Source: Adineta vaga (taxonomy: Eukaryota; Animalia; Rotifera). Taken from it: a stretch of 64,000 bases of DNA. Shown piece after piece: positions 1-11,793 of this stretch; the first letter of the stretch is position 1, and the number at the start of each line of letters is the position of its first letter. A model generated the notes under the pieces. It did no database searches. It had not been told where the DNA came from and saw nothing but the letters and a program-made list of their open reading frames with translations. The stretch covers positions 9,052,001-9,116,000 of the forward strand of contig CP075497.1 in assembly GCA_021613535.1 (NCBI GenBank). Reading direction: 5' to 3'. The translations under genes and the position numbers were made by a program.

Positions 1-3000
1 CGAATCACCAAAAACCAATCATGATACACTTTCTTTAACTGTTGTTACACCAACAGATATTATCAACTCAACACGAAGATCTTCTCGTTTAAGTTTCGCA
101 CAAAAAAGTGGTGCTGACAGTTTACCATCATCACAAGATATTCCGGCAATGCCAACAATTGAAAGTATTACATCAACAAATCCACCATCATTTCTTATGG
201 AAAATACAACAATGGAAGACGAACAACCATCAACTTCGATGACAACAAATCAACAAACTACATTTGATCTTACGGATAATGATACAATTAAAGATGATAG
301 TATCAATGATGATGAAACAAATTTTTCATTTGAATTGAACGATTTTCCAAATAATTCAAACGATGAACCGAAGGTTGTTAATGATCTTGCTCCACCACAA
401 CCTATGATTACAATTCGTGCGCCAACGTGTGCTGATGTTGCTTATCGTGCTTTGATTAAGCCAAGAACTGGTGGTCGAGTTTCTCAACCAGTTAAAGCTG
501 ATTCACCATTAGCAAAATCAAGTAAAGCATTTTAATTTGTTTTATTCTAACTATTGAATATTGTTTTATTTTTAAGATAAAGGTCGTTCTTCAGCTCCAA
601 CATCACGTGCACTTCGTTCAAGTGCCCAACCCATGGCTGTTAATTCTCCAGTAAAAGATTCAACTGTACCAGGTATGCAGCTTGTCAATGTAGTTTCCTT
701 CTGAAACGAAAGTTTTTCTCTTTAGAACAAACAACAACAACAAACACGGAACTCGTTGAAATTGTTAGTGTACCTGAAGAAGATGAAATGGAACACGAAA
801 AAACTAGTTCAGTTACTCTCAATATAACTTCATCAAAAGAATCTGAAGACATTGATCAAAATGTATCAACTCAACCGGAACAACTTATTACACCACCAAA
901 ACAAATAGCACCAGTCTTATCACGTGAATATACATACAATACTCCAAAACGTCGTTCATCTCAACGTCGTCGTTCGACAATGAATTCTTTTTATGCTACA
1001 CCAGTTCAACAAGAGCAACCAGAAACTATTCACGAAGAAGAACTTCATTCACCATCTGTGGCATCAAATTCTATGCTCAAAATTTTGATGACTAAAGCGA
1101 CTGATGTCGTACCAAAAGTAACACGAAAAAGTTCAATTGCACCGTCACCAGCACGAACTTCAACGCCAATTACTACTAATGAAGAATTAATTAATTCACC
1201 ATCAATTGCTTCTAAATCAATGTTAGAAGTCCTTTTAACAAAACCAACAGAAGCTAAACCGAGAGGTTCACGAAGAAGTGCAAGTGCATCTTCACCTATT
1301 CGACCTTCAAAACGAACTACTATGAATCAACAAGCAATAAACTCACCATCAATTGCTTCGAAATCAATGTTGGATGTTTTGTTAACAAAACCAACCAAGG
1401 AAGCAACACCCACTCGAGCTTCTAAACGAAACACAACTGTGAATGAAATAATAGATTCACCAACAGTTGCTTCGAAATCAATGTTAGAAGTCCTTTTAAC
1501 AAAACCAACTGAAGCTAAACCGAGAAGTTCACGACGAAGCGCAAGTGTATCCTCACCTATTCGACCTTCGAAACGGAATACAATCAGTCAACAAACAAAC
1601 AATTCATCATCAATTGCATCGCAATCAATGTTAGGAATTCTACTAACAAATCCAACAGACAACAATACTAGTTTGACACCCGAAATATCCATTGCACCAT
1701 CACCTGTTCGAAATTCAACACGCAAAAGTCGACGTTCATCATCAAATCCAACACCACAAACAAGCATTAATCCACTTCATTCGTCAACACCATCGGCATC
1801 AAGACTTAAATCAATCCAAATGGTTTCCATTGGAGAACAAGAACAGGTTACAACAACCGCTCCACAACAAATCAATATTGAAATTCATCGAGAAGAAGCT
1901 GATATCGAAATGGTTCCACTTAATGATACTACCGTTAGTATCCAACAACCATCTACTATTGAAATAGGTGTACAAACAACTCCAAGTCTTGACAAATCTG
2001 CACGTCATCGTTTGAATATATCAGAACAACAGTTAACACCTAGTATTGAAATAAATAAGCTATCATCATCATCATCATCATCATCAATGATTATTATCAA
2101 TGAAGAAGGTCAACAGCAAATAACACCAATTCAAACCAAAGTGGTCGTAAATTATCAACGTAATGTTCGTTTTCAATTGACACCAGCAACTGATGCACGT
2201 TTAGTTGCCAAAGAACAACTTGAAGAAGCTTTACGTGGATTAAAACCAGATATTGTTCTTGAGCCAACACCAGTTATGCCCGAACCGAAACAAGAAAAAG
2301 TCAAAGTTGCACCGATTAAAAAAGCAACGAAACCAAAAAAGAAAGTCATTGCATCGAAAAAGAAAAAAGTTACACGAAAGAAAAAAGCCGAACCAGTTAG
2401 TTTCTTTACATTTTAAATTACACAAATTAATTCATTCGTTTTTCCTATTGTATTTAGAAACCAAAACCAATTCAAAAGAAAACTGTTGCAGCACGAAAAG
2501 AAAAAATTACAAAGCAACAGAAGGCTACTACATCAACAACAAAAAAAGTTAAAAAACCAACGAAAGTTGCAACTTCATCGAAACGAGTTGGACGAAAACA
2601 AACAACTTCCGAAATCACGAAAAAACCAGTTGCTAAAAAGATTTCAACAAAACGAACAACTACCAAAGTTTCGACAAATGCTATTGCTAAACGAGCTGCG
2701 CCAAAGGCTACTGCAAAACGAATTGCTAAACGAGCAACACAAAAACGAACAATTCCTAAAGCAGCATTAGAATCTGTGATGGAACATGCCAAACCAAAAC
2801 AAACAACTGCCGAAGTTAAAACTAAAATCGTGAGCAAACCATCAACACAAAAACAAGCAGCTTCAAAAGCCAAAACTAAACGTATTGTAAAACCAGCTGA
2901 AACAAAACAAACAATTCCAAAAGTTAAAACTGAACCAGTTGGTGTTGTTAAACGAGTCGCATCGAAACGAATAACTAAGGAAATTCCAAGTGAACCAGTT

Positions 3001-3682
3001 GCTAAGCGAGCTTCGATTAAACGAACAATGTCCGAAAGCACAACTGAAGCAGTCAAAAAACGAGCCAAAATTACCAAACCAGTGGAAGCTAAAACACCAA
3101 CGACTGAAGGTAAACTTTAAAGATAATTTCGCAAGTAATCTTATTGATCGATTTTTTTAGCTACTTTACCACGATTGAATCTTCGAAAAACACGAAGTGG
3201 TTCATCGAATGTCACAAAAAATGTTTCCGAACCTGCACCAAAGAAAACAAACAAACGTCGACTACCAAGTGTAGAAAAAACTGAAGAACCAAAACAGAAG
3301 ATTGAAAAAAAAGAAACAGAACCAATTTCAACTGTTCAAACTACTGTTTCAAAGCAAGACAATCGGCAAAAGGTAAAATTCGGCTTTCAATAGAATTTTT
3401 TAAGAAACATATTTCTAACTATTTTTATTATATAGATCGAAGGATTAACTGTGGCTGAACTTAAATCTCGATTAAATAAACATAAGGAAGATATACCAAA
3501 AGGTGCAAAGAAAGCTGATCTTATTGCTTTACTCCTCAAAGTTGAAACAAATTCAGTTACAAGTAAGATTCAATACATCAAAATCAACTCTTATTATTTG
3601 ATTCTCTTTTCTAGAACAAGCTGAAATTGAGCCAACAACCGTAACTCCAACAACTAAGACAACCCGCCGCCGCAAGAATTAA
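1..3682 (+). CDS. Large disordered Ser/Thr/Pro- and Lys-rich protein with internal repeats and C-terminal SAP/HeH-like domain (5' end outside window)
   Basis: Spliced frame: exons <1-521, 577-672, 726-2395, 2458-3109, 3161-3372, 3436-3561, 3615-3682(TAA) with GT-AG introns of 51-63 nt; penultimate exon IEGLTVAELKSRLNKHKEDIPKGAKKADLIALLL matches SAP-like consensus. Confidence 0.8.
1031..1657 (+). repeat. Coding tandem repeat, 5 copies of (E/Q)xxNSPS(I/V)ASKSMLxVLLTKPT
   Basis: Visible in ORF 788..2416; near-identical nucleotide duplication ~1207-1318 vs ~1468-1579 (261 nt period). Confidence 0.9.
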
Positions 3683-5126
3683 ATATCATATTATTAATTC
3701 AATTTATTTTTTATTATCTAATTGCATTTCCTTAATGTTTATATACAATTATAAACTCAAGATATTTGTTTGTACATTTTGTAAAGACATTAATGTATAT
3801 TATCGTTGAGCTTGAATTAATAACTTCTTTGTTTATCTCTATGTAGAATTAGTTTTGTTCTTTATCTTGATTGAAAAATATATCAATAATATTGTAGTTA
3901 TATTTTTTTTCTTCATGTTATTCTCGTATGTGTTTCTTGCGTGTTTGTATATCATCTTAGTGTTGTGAAAATAATGTATTGTAATATCTGAAATGATTGA
4001 ATAAATTTAGCTGTGCGGAGAGCTAAACAAACCGAAAATGAACTCAATTTTCATCGTTGAACATAACTTGACAGATAAAGTATTAAGCTTATTGAATGAC
4101 TTTTGAAAACAAGTATCTACACTAAAGTACTGGATTGAGGCTTGTTTTCTGAATTCATTGTTTTGAACCATTCAAAAAATATCTTTCTCAATCGATAAAG
4201 AGTGTCGCTCAAAATCAATGTCAATGATATAATATGTCTCTCTTACTTCATACAAGGTTAACGAGTTCTTATGATCAATAGATTTCTAGGTCATGAAAAG
4301 TATAGTCTTCGTATATGACTTGACAAGTAGTCTTGTTCCTAGAAGCTTTGTTGTCATATAAAATCAACATGTAATTAATCAATCAATCCAAAAATCAATG
4401 AAATAACCTTCAATTAAATGTACTCGAATTCTTTTGATATTTACGCATTATTTCTTATCATCCTTCACATGAAGTTTAACAGATACAAAAATATTGACGC
4501 ATTTCTTATGATGATTAAAAATAGACTATTGCCAAATGTTATATTCACATGCAACTTTTATTATTAACGATGTTATCATCGATTTCTATTCAACAAAACA
4601 AAGATTCAGGTAAATTTCCATACTTTTCTATAATAAAATTTTTACAACCATTTTATATGATTAATCTATTAAAAAATTTTACATTTCCGCTTGAATTCAG
4701 TCCATTAACAATGAATGAAATAGTTCTTTGTTTCTACAAACAAAGAAATGAGATTTACGACCATATGATTCGACTATTTTAAATAAAGACTTCAACCCAC
4801 ACTGTACATTGTTCCACAAACAAGCCTCCCTCTTTCTCTCTCTCTCTCATATGATCATCTAATTCAGTAGAGGTCACTGGTTCATATATATCAACGAAGC
4901 ATGATTGGTTATTTTCTTTTAACATCGTTTTACTCTCATTTGCTTGCTTACTTGTAAATCGTCCACTGTCTGATTGATTACGTCCTAAGTCATCAGATTA
5001 GCTTTTGTGCTTTGTCATTTTATCATTCGTTTCTTCGTCAAATTTTCCAGAGTCTTTCATTTCAATCGAACAAATGTAAGACAGAGATTTCCTTTGTCAA
5101 TTTTGAAATTATGTCTTTGTTTCCAG

Positions 5127-5501
5127 ATGGATTCATCCACTTATACCGGTTTGCCCAACAAACTTTTCCAAGGTTTATCATCAGTAAAATCAACTTTAAC
5201 AACTGGTCATATTCTTGAAAAATCTGAAACAACACATGTGCAAAACAACGATACATTTCATCATCAAATGGCACGCAATGTTTTAGGTATTCAAGCACCA
5301 TTAAAATTAAAAACTGAATTACAAATTGCCAATAAACTTGGTCGACTTCCATGTTTACCAAGTTCACGTTTGATGGTCGATGTTTTACGTGGTACAAACG
5401 AAGATATTTCATTTGATGATATATTGAATAATCAACGAGAATTTGGTGAACTTCAAGTCGATCCACATTTAGCTATGGATAAACAAGATCGATTATTTTA
5501 G
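5127..5501 (+). CDS. POMP: Proteasome maturation protein (UMP1/POMP)
   Basis: MDSSTYTG...GHILEKSE...RNVLGIQAPLKLKTE...GRLPCLPSSRLMVDVLRG.NEDISFDDILN...PH.AM, typical UMP1 family; ATG follows a 5'UTR intron 5076-5126. Confidence 0.92.
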   Translation: MDSSTYTGLPNKLFQGLSSVKSTLTTGHILEKSETTHVQNNDTFHHQMARNVLGIQAPLKLKTELQIANKLGRLPCLPSSRLMVDVLRGTNEDISFDDILNNQREFGELQVDPHLAMDKQDRLF

Positions 5502-5597
5502 AGAAATAAATTAAAAGACATGAGAAATTCATTAAACTAGATGCGGTTTTTTAAAAAAAATAAAACATTCAATTTTTTTCTCTTTGTTCTTATAGAT

Positions 5598-5628
5598 ATG
5601 CATATTAGTTAATGACATTTTTATAATG
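5598..5628 (+). promoter_or_regulatory. Two chained 4-codon uORFs (MHIS*, MTFL*) with TAATG stop-start overlaps upstream of IFRD1
   Basis: ATG5598 CAT ATT AGT TAA5612; ATG5612 ACA TTT TTA TAA5626; ATG5626 = IFRD1 start. Confidence 0.6.
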
Positions 5629-7511
5629 CCTAAATATACAAAAAAAAGTAACCTTTTCTAAAGGTAATTTCTATTCAATATTATATGTTTCTATTTATAG
5701 ATCGCCCTCCTCGTAGTACAACGAGCAAGCCGGCAAGACCGGGTGGTATTGCTGGTGTTGATGATGATATGGCAGTCGATGACGCTGCTAGTATTTGTTC
5801 GAATGTATCGGATGCAACAAGTATTTATGATGATACTGACGGTAAATATTAGAAGAATGCATGAGACATAATCATAAAAGTTTTCGTTTTAGCTGCAGCA
5901 TCAACAACAAATGATGTAATCTTATCATCGGAAAATCTTGAGGAAAAACTTGATTCTGCTATTGAAGGACTTCGAAATAAAGAGTAAGATAATTGAATAG
6001 TAACATTTACTGATGTTTGTATGAAAAAACTAAATTTTAGTTTAAAAACACGTGAAAGTTCTTTACGTACTCTTCAAGTTTTATTTTCACAAAAATATCT
6101 TCCTGATTTGGTTGCTGATCGGTAGGAATCTTTTCGTTCGGTTTTTTCTTCTTCGGATTAAAATCATTTCGTTGAACATTTAGAAGTGAAAATTTAACTG
6201 AACAATTGATTGCATGTTTGAAAAAGGGCAATGAATCTGAAGGAAAATTAGCAGCAATCGTTTCAACATTATTCTATACTCAACTTGGCGAACCCAATGA
6301 TGAAGGTTTTCAACAATTTCGTGATGCTCTTCTTCCAGTTTTAAGAGATGAAGCCAAATCTGCATCATTAAGAACAAGTGTATGTTGATTTAGTTTTCTA
6401 CTTGATAAAAATGATTTTAGTTTGATTTACTAAATAGTATGCTCAAGCAATTGGGATGATTTGTTTCATTTCTAGTGAAGATATTGCAGTAAGAATCGTA
6501 GTAAATGAAATGTTAATTCGAAGAATAGGATCTTTTTTTCTTTATTAGTCAACGGTTGAATTAATGAAATCATTAGAAGTGATTTTTTCGAAATCTTATT
6601 TACTTCCTGATGGTACAACTCCAATTATAGCACGTAATTTACAAGAATTACATACAGCAGCATTAGCATCGTGGTGTTTTCTTCTTTCGACTATGCCAAA
6701 CAATCATGCACATGATTTAGTACGACTGTAAGTTTATGATTAGAAAGAAAATTCCAGTTTTTAACTCTGATGATTTCATATTTTAGTTATGCACCAGAAA
6801 AAATTCCTGGTTTAATCGAATCTAGTGATGCTGATTTACGTAATCAAGCTGGTGAAACAATTGCTGTCTTGTATGAAATTGCACAAGAGATTAATAGTGT
6901 ATGATAAACAATTGTCTAACAAAAAGAAAAGAAATTACATCTTCATTTATCTTTAGATCTTCGCTGAGCCACCTGAATCCTTATTAAATATATTAGATAA
7001 GAAAGTCAATGAAAGTGTTAAATATAAAGGCAAAAAAGAGAAACGTTTACAACGTGCTACTTTCCGTGAAATATTTAATTTCTTCACGGTAAGAAAATTG
7101 ATTTGATATGCAAAATTTGATTTCTGTTTTTCATATTCAGGAAGGTACATCACCGGAATTTACTATTAAATTTGGTCGAGAAGTTCTAGAAGTATCATCA
7201 TGGACAGGAAGACTTTATTACAATGGTTTCAGTGGTTTATTAGGTACAGGTATGAATGTACATTTGAAAGAAAATGGGTTCCTTCGTTCGGTATTCAATT
7301 TGGATGATACAGAAACTGAAGAAGGTCAAAAAGCAAAAGGCAATCGATTTGAACGAGTAAATTATTTGATTATTGAACAAATATGTTCTCTCAATCCTAA
7401 TCTTTTGTACTTGTTTAGCAACAAGCAAATAAAGCTGCTTTCAAACTACGTACTCAAGCTCTGAAGAAAACTCGAGCAAATAAAGTAATACGAATTCAAC
7501 CAGACGAATAG
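5626..7511 (+). CDS. IFRD1: Interferon-related developmental regulator (IFRD1/2 family)
   Basis: Multi-exon; MPKYTKKN start, ACLKKGNESEGKLAA, LHTAALASWCFLL, AGETIAVLYE, KKEKRLQRATFR, IKFGREVL...LGTGMNVHLKENGFLRSVFNL, AAFKLRTQAL; stop TAG 7509-7511. Confidence 0.92.
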
Positions 7512-7942
7512 TTTCCATCAACCCTTCTTAATTTTCTTTGGAGAAGAAACAAGAAAAAAGCTCTAACATCTTTCAAATAAACATATATATGATAATTCTC
7601 TGAATAAATTTTTCTTTCCAAAGAAAAAAAACAACAGTGATTAATCATATGCGACAAAGAAAAAAGAAAGAAGATTAATTTTGCATGTATATAGAAATCT
7701 AAATATATATTTTTTGTTTTTTCTGCCGTTCTATTCCTGCTATTATCTAAAGATTTGAACTATTCGTGTTCGTTTGTGTTTGATCTAACATTATGTGTCT
7801 TCTTTTCTTTGTTGAACGATTATTGTGTGCTACAGATTTGATTCTTTTGTTCAGATGTTTCATGCTATGTCGTTCTATTTTGTTAAAGAAAAAAAAAATC
7901 TAATAAAGCTCATATAAGAAATCTTTTTGTGTTTTAATCTAT

Positions 7943-8664
7943 TCAGAGATGAATATCAAACAGTGTGCGAAGAACATGTTCGAAATAGATATCATCTTTA
8001 ATAGTAGCGCTTAACATTGAACAGAAACCAATAAACTCATCTTTATCAATGATGCCATCTTCTTTCCCACGAGTATCGAATTTATTTAGAAAATTTTGTA
8101 ATCCCTAGTGAAAGAATAATGAAGACAATGTAATGCGTTGTCAAATTAATTTACTTGATTAACGGCTTGATCAGATTTTTTCTTGTTAGTTTTTAGTTGT
8201 GCGGCATATTTTGTCTAAAACAATGAAGATATCGAGATAGGAAAAATATGAGAAAATTGTTTTTACTTTAAGATCAGAGACTGTTAATTGATCGTCTTTG
8301 TTAACATCGATTGAATTGAATAGATTTAGAACAGCTCTCTGACGTCGTTCACTCATTGGTGGTCTTAATTGTTTGAGAAATTCATCGAGATCAATTTGAC
8401 CATTATTTGTTGTATCGAATTGTTGAAAAAGACGTTTGATATCTGCATCATTTTGAATACCAAGTTTAAGAGATTTGATTGTTTGACGAAATTCTTCGAA
8501 CGTAATTCGACCAGAATGATCTAATTCGAAAGAAAAATTGTTTTTTACTAAAGAAAAGAAAACAAATCTTTTTTCATCATACCTCGATCAATCGCTGAGA
8601 AAATTTCAATGAAATCCGATTGTTTTGTTGTGCTTTCTAATAAACGTTGACGGAATAATTCCAT
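7943..8664 (-). CDS. Calcyphosin-like EF-hand protein
   Basis: 4 exons; EF loops DRDHSGRITFEEF, DTTNNGQIDLDEF, DVNKDDQLTVSDL, DGIIDKDEF; LRPPMSERRQ motif characteristic of CAPS/CAPSL. Confidence 0.85.
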
Positions 8665-9091
8665 AACTTTCCTTCTCCCAATATAAACAGTGCTTGACTG
8701 ACTGTGCAGAAGAAAGACAAACACTGCTTTATTTTTCTATTTTAAAGAAAACACTATTTCTTTGCTGTCTGTATTCGTAAGAAGAAAAATATCGATTAAC
8801 GCAAGTCTTTTTTTTCCTTTCTTTCCTTGTCAGATCCTGAGTATCAATTCCGAACAAAGTTTGTCGTTTACGGCTATTTTTGTTGTCATATTTACTGATG
8901 ATAACTGATGGCAGATGTCTGTCAAACAGACACCTTCATCAAAAGAATTGAAAATGATGATGATGATGAATAAATCTTATCTATTCCAGTTCTTGATCAA
9001 TAAACTCTTTTTTGTATTCTTTTGTAGAACAAAAAAATCTATCCCACACACGCAACGATCTATTTTAATAAACAATATTTTAATTGAAACG

Positions 9092-10678
9092 TTATGTTTC
9101 AATCATTGTTAATGATTCCTCAATATTTGTTTGTCCATGACGAGCAACATGTTGACGAAGACGTGTACGAAATACTTTTGCACGAAGATAATTTCGTCGA
9201 CGAAGTTCTTCCATTTGATGTTCACGTCGTCGATCAGTTACTTCAGGTAATTGATCATATTTCTTTTTTGTTGCTCGTTTCATTTGACGATATGTTAAAG
9301 GTACTCGAGAAGAATCAGTTTGATGATATGGAATTGTAAAAGCCGTATTCCGCTGTTTTACTGGTGCTGATCTTGCACGTTTCATCGGTTTTGAACACCA
9401 AGATGAACATGAGAAAAGAAGTGTTTGTCGACGTTCGCGATCGATTTCAGCATTATGTTCACGTTCTTCTCGAAGAAGACGTACACGTCGAACACGTTGC
9501 CGAGACCGAGATATAAATTCAGGACGGAGTAGTTCGAGTGATTGTTGTAGAGACATTGATGATGGTTCTTGTTCAAGAATTGGTGTTGGTGATATCGAAC
9601 GACGATGAGGAGATTGTTGTCTGGACTCATACGAAGATGAACTAAAAGTAGGTTGTCGTTGATGATAATCATAACGATGGGTTGATCTTTCCAACATTGC
9701 AGCACGATTTCGTTCCGTATGTAAACGTCCGAGAAGGTCTTCACAACGACGTGCTAAATCAGCTAATTCTTCGTCTTTATTGCTGATTCTTGCCGTAGTT
9801 GGTCGTGAATGATGATATTGAGAGGTTTCATTATTGACAGTCGTTTGTTGTTCTGCTTCCGGTGAAATAAATCGACCGGTATGAACATAATTATTTAAAC
9901 GTTTATAAAATTGTTGATCATGTTTATCAGTAAGGTCTTTTACGTATTCATTATCATCGATTTGCACTTTTTTTGATGGTTTGTCTTGATTATTTTGAGT
10001 ATCAGATTTAATTCGTTGATTATGAGTTGGAGTTCGTTCGGATAATAAACGATCAACAGTTGAAAGTTCATTCTCGATAGAACATGCTGATGGAAGATGT
10101 CGAGTTTCAGGATGCCGCTGATGATTTTCATTTATGTCTGATATTTTTTCATCCAGATCATCTTCGACAGGTGATACTGACCGTTCGACGAGTTTCTTCT
10201 GCCGCTCTTGTGAAGACACTATATCACTGGATGTAGTTGTACCATCACCAGCCAGTAGTTTTTCGACACGCGCAAGTAAATGCTTATCTTGATTGAAAGT
10301 TTTATGGTTGTTATTACGACGACGATCATGATGATACTGAGGATGATGTACATGATTTTCATCATTCTCATCATCGAGAGAAACAAAGAATTCTTTCGAT
10401 GATCGTTGTTTTGATTTGTGATCATCGGCATGACTATTATCATCGGTTGTATTATGATCTACAGCACTGGTTGTTCGATTATCACGATCTTGTTTGACTC
10501 GCGAAGTTTCCCGTAGAAGACGTTCTGCTTTTTTCCGTTCATGTCGAGTATGACGTTCGAGTTCGTGTAGACGTTCTTCATTTCGTTGACAATTACGAAC
10601 GATTTCTTCTAGGGCTTCTACCGAAAGAGATGTAGGCGACTGAGCAGTGCTTCGTGTTGATCGTACATTTTCATTCAT
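9092..10678 (-). CDS. ALMS-motif centriolar protein (ALMS1/C10orf90/CEP295-like C-terminus), single exon
   Basis: SLQQSLELLRPEFISRSRQRVRRV and MKRATKKKYDQLPEVTDRRRE...RRNYLRAKVFRTRL match the ALMS motif; first ATG at 10678. Confidence 0.8.
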   Translation of the reverse strand: MNENVRSTRSTAQSPTSLSVEALEEIVRNCQRNEERLHELERHTRHERKKAERLLRETSRVKQDRDNRTTSAVDHNTTDDNSHADDHKSKQRSSKEFFVSLDDENDENHVHHPQYHHDRRRNNNHKTFNQDKHLLARVEKLLAGDGTTTSSDIVSSQERQKKLVERSVSPVEDDLDEKISDINENHQRHPETRHLPSACSIENELSTVDRLLSERTPTHNQRIKSDTQNNQDKPSKKVQIDDNEYVKDLTDKHDQQFYKRLNNYVHTGRFISPEAEQQTTVNNETSQYHHSRPTTARISNKDEELADLARRCEDLLGRLHTERNRAAMLERSTHRYDYHQRQPTFSSSSYESRQQSPHRRSISPTPILEQEPSSMSLQQSLELLRPEFISRSRQRVRRVRLLREEREHNAEIDRERRQTLLFSCSSWCSKPMKRARSAPVKQRNTAFTIPYHQTDSSRVPLTYRQMKRATKKKYDQLPEVTDRRREHQMEELRRRNYLRAKVFRTRLRQHVARHGQTNIEESLTMIET

Positions 10679-10833
10679 ATCGTTTGGCAACAATTTTTAA
10701 GTCGAGTTAAATTTAACAACTACGAAGTATAAATGCAAGCACATCGAATTGTTAGTAAATGCAATAAGAAAAAGAAAAAAAAAGAGCGAGAGAAAGAGAG
10801 AGACAAATAGAACAGAAAGTGGCACTCTTCAGT

Positions 10834-10846
10834 GTGACATGGCAAC
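10834..10846. promoter_or_regulatory. Candidate RFX X-box
   Basis: GTGACATGGCAAC, ~155 nt upstream of a centriolar ALMS-motif gene; perfect GGCAAC half site. Confidence 0.4.
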
Positions 10847-11069
10847 GACCAGCATTGTGGTTAGATTTCTTCTCTTGAGATATTTTTTTTTCTTTTCTTT
10901 ATTTCAAACTTTCTTTTTTTTTATTCTCGTTTAACATATTCTTCTCATTCTCATCATAAAACAGCATAAAAAAAAAACTTCCGATCCCATTGTTGCCCAA
11001 AATCATCGTATTAAATGATAAAACGTCTATAAAAGAAGAGAGTGAGAGAGAGAGAGAAAAAAGAAATGT

Positions 11070-11620
11070 TTAAGGGTTTGAGCTACACATGTCACAGACA
11101 CGTTGTTGGTCACTATTGACGATGTAATTTTTCGTTAAAATAACTTTACCACAATGAAAACATCGAAAACATTCAATATGAAAATATTGATCACCAGACT
11201 TTCTTGTCGATATACCTGGTGGAAATGAACGTCCACAAACTGCACATGCTTGAGCAAATTGATTCATATGACATGGAACACAATATGGTTGATTATCATG
11301 TTCGACATAGAGCATGTTACCCAAAAGTTCTGAACATGAATAACATGTAAAACAATTCGCATGAATTGGATTGCCTTTGTATTCAATATAAGATCCATCA
11401 TCAATCGTTTGTGAACATCGAACACATTGAACAATAATTTCTGATCGTTTTTGACAATCAGAACAACGGTATTATTTCCCAAATTATAAAATGATTGTTT
11501 TATTGTTTGACGACATGTTGAACAACGAAAACATTCTTGATGATATTCTAAATTATTATATTTAGATTTTACATCACCATTGACAAATGTTCGATCACAA
11601 TAGAAACATTTACTACTCAT
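11070..11620 (-). CDS. Three-LIM-domain protein (one frameshift at ~11472)
   Basis: LIM1 CFYC..HQECFRCSTC..[fs]YRCSDC; LIM2 CVRC..HANCFTCYSC..YCVPCH; LIM3 CAVC..HIECFRCFHC..CDMC; joins ORFs 11264..11641 and 11070..11324. Confidence 0.85.
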
Positions 11621-11793
11621 CTTCGGTTGTTTTCTTTTCACCTATTCGTCCTCTAAAGAAGATGTCTTTGTCTTATATCTTGAGTAAATCAATAGTGAAA
11701 CTAAAATGAAGCTAAAGAAAGAAAAATGAGATAAGAGAATATCTTCTATTATCATCTGCTATTTTCTTTTCTAGAGAAATAGACAAAAGAAAA

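Noticed and set aside
2472-3077. 201-aa hydrophobic minus-strand ORF
   Set aside because: Antisense shadow of the Lys/Thr/Ala-rich coding exon on the plus strand
11474-11480. G GGA AAT slippery heptamer at the LIM frameshift (programmed -1 frameshift)
   Set aside because: After -1 slippage the next codon is TAA, so it cannot produce the full LIM protein
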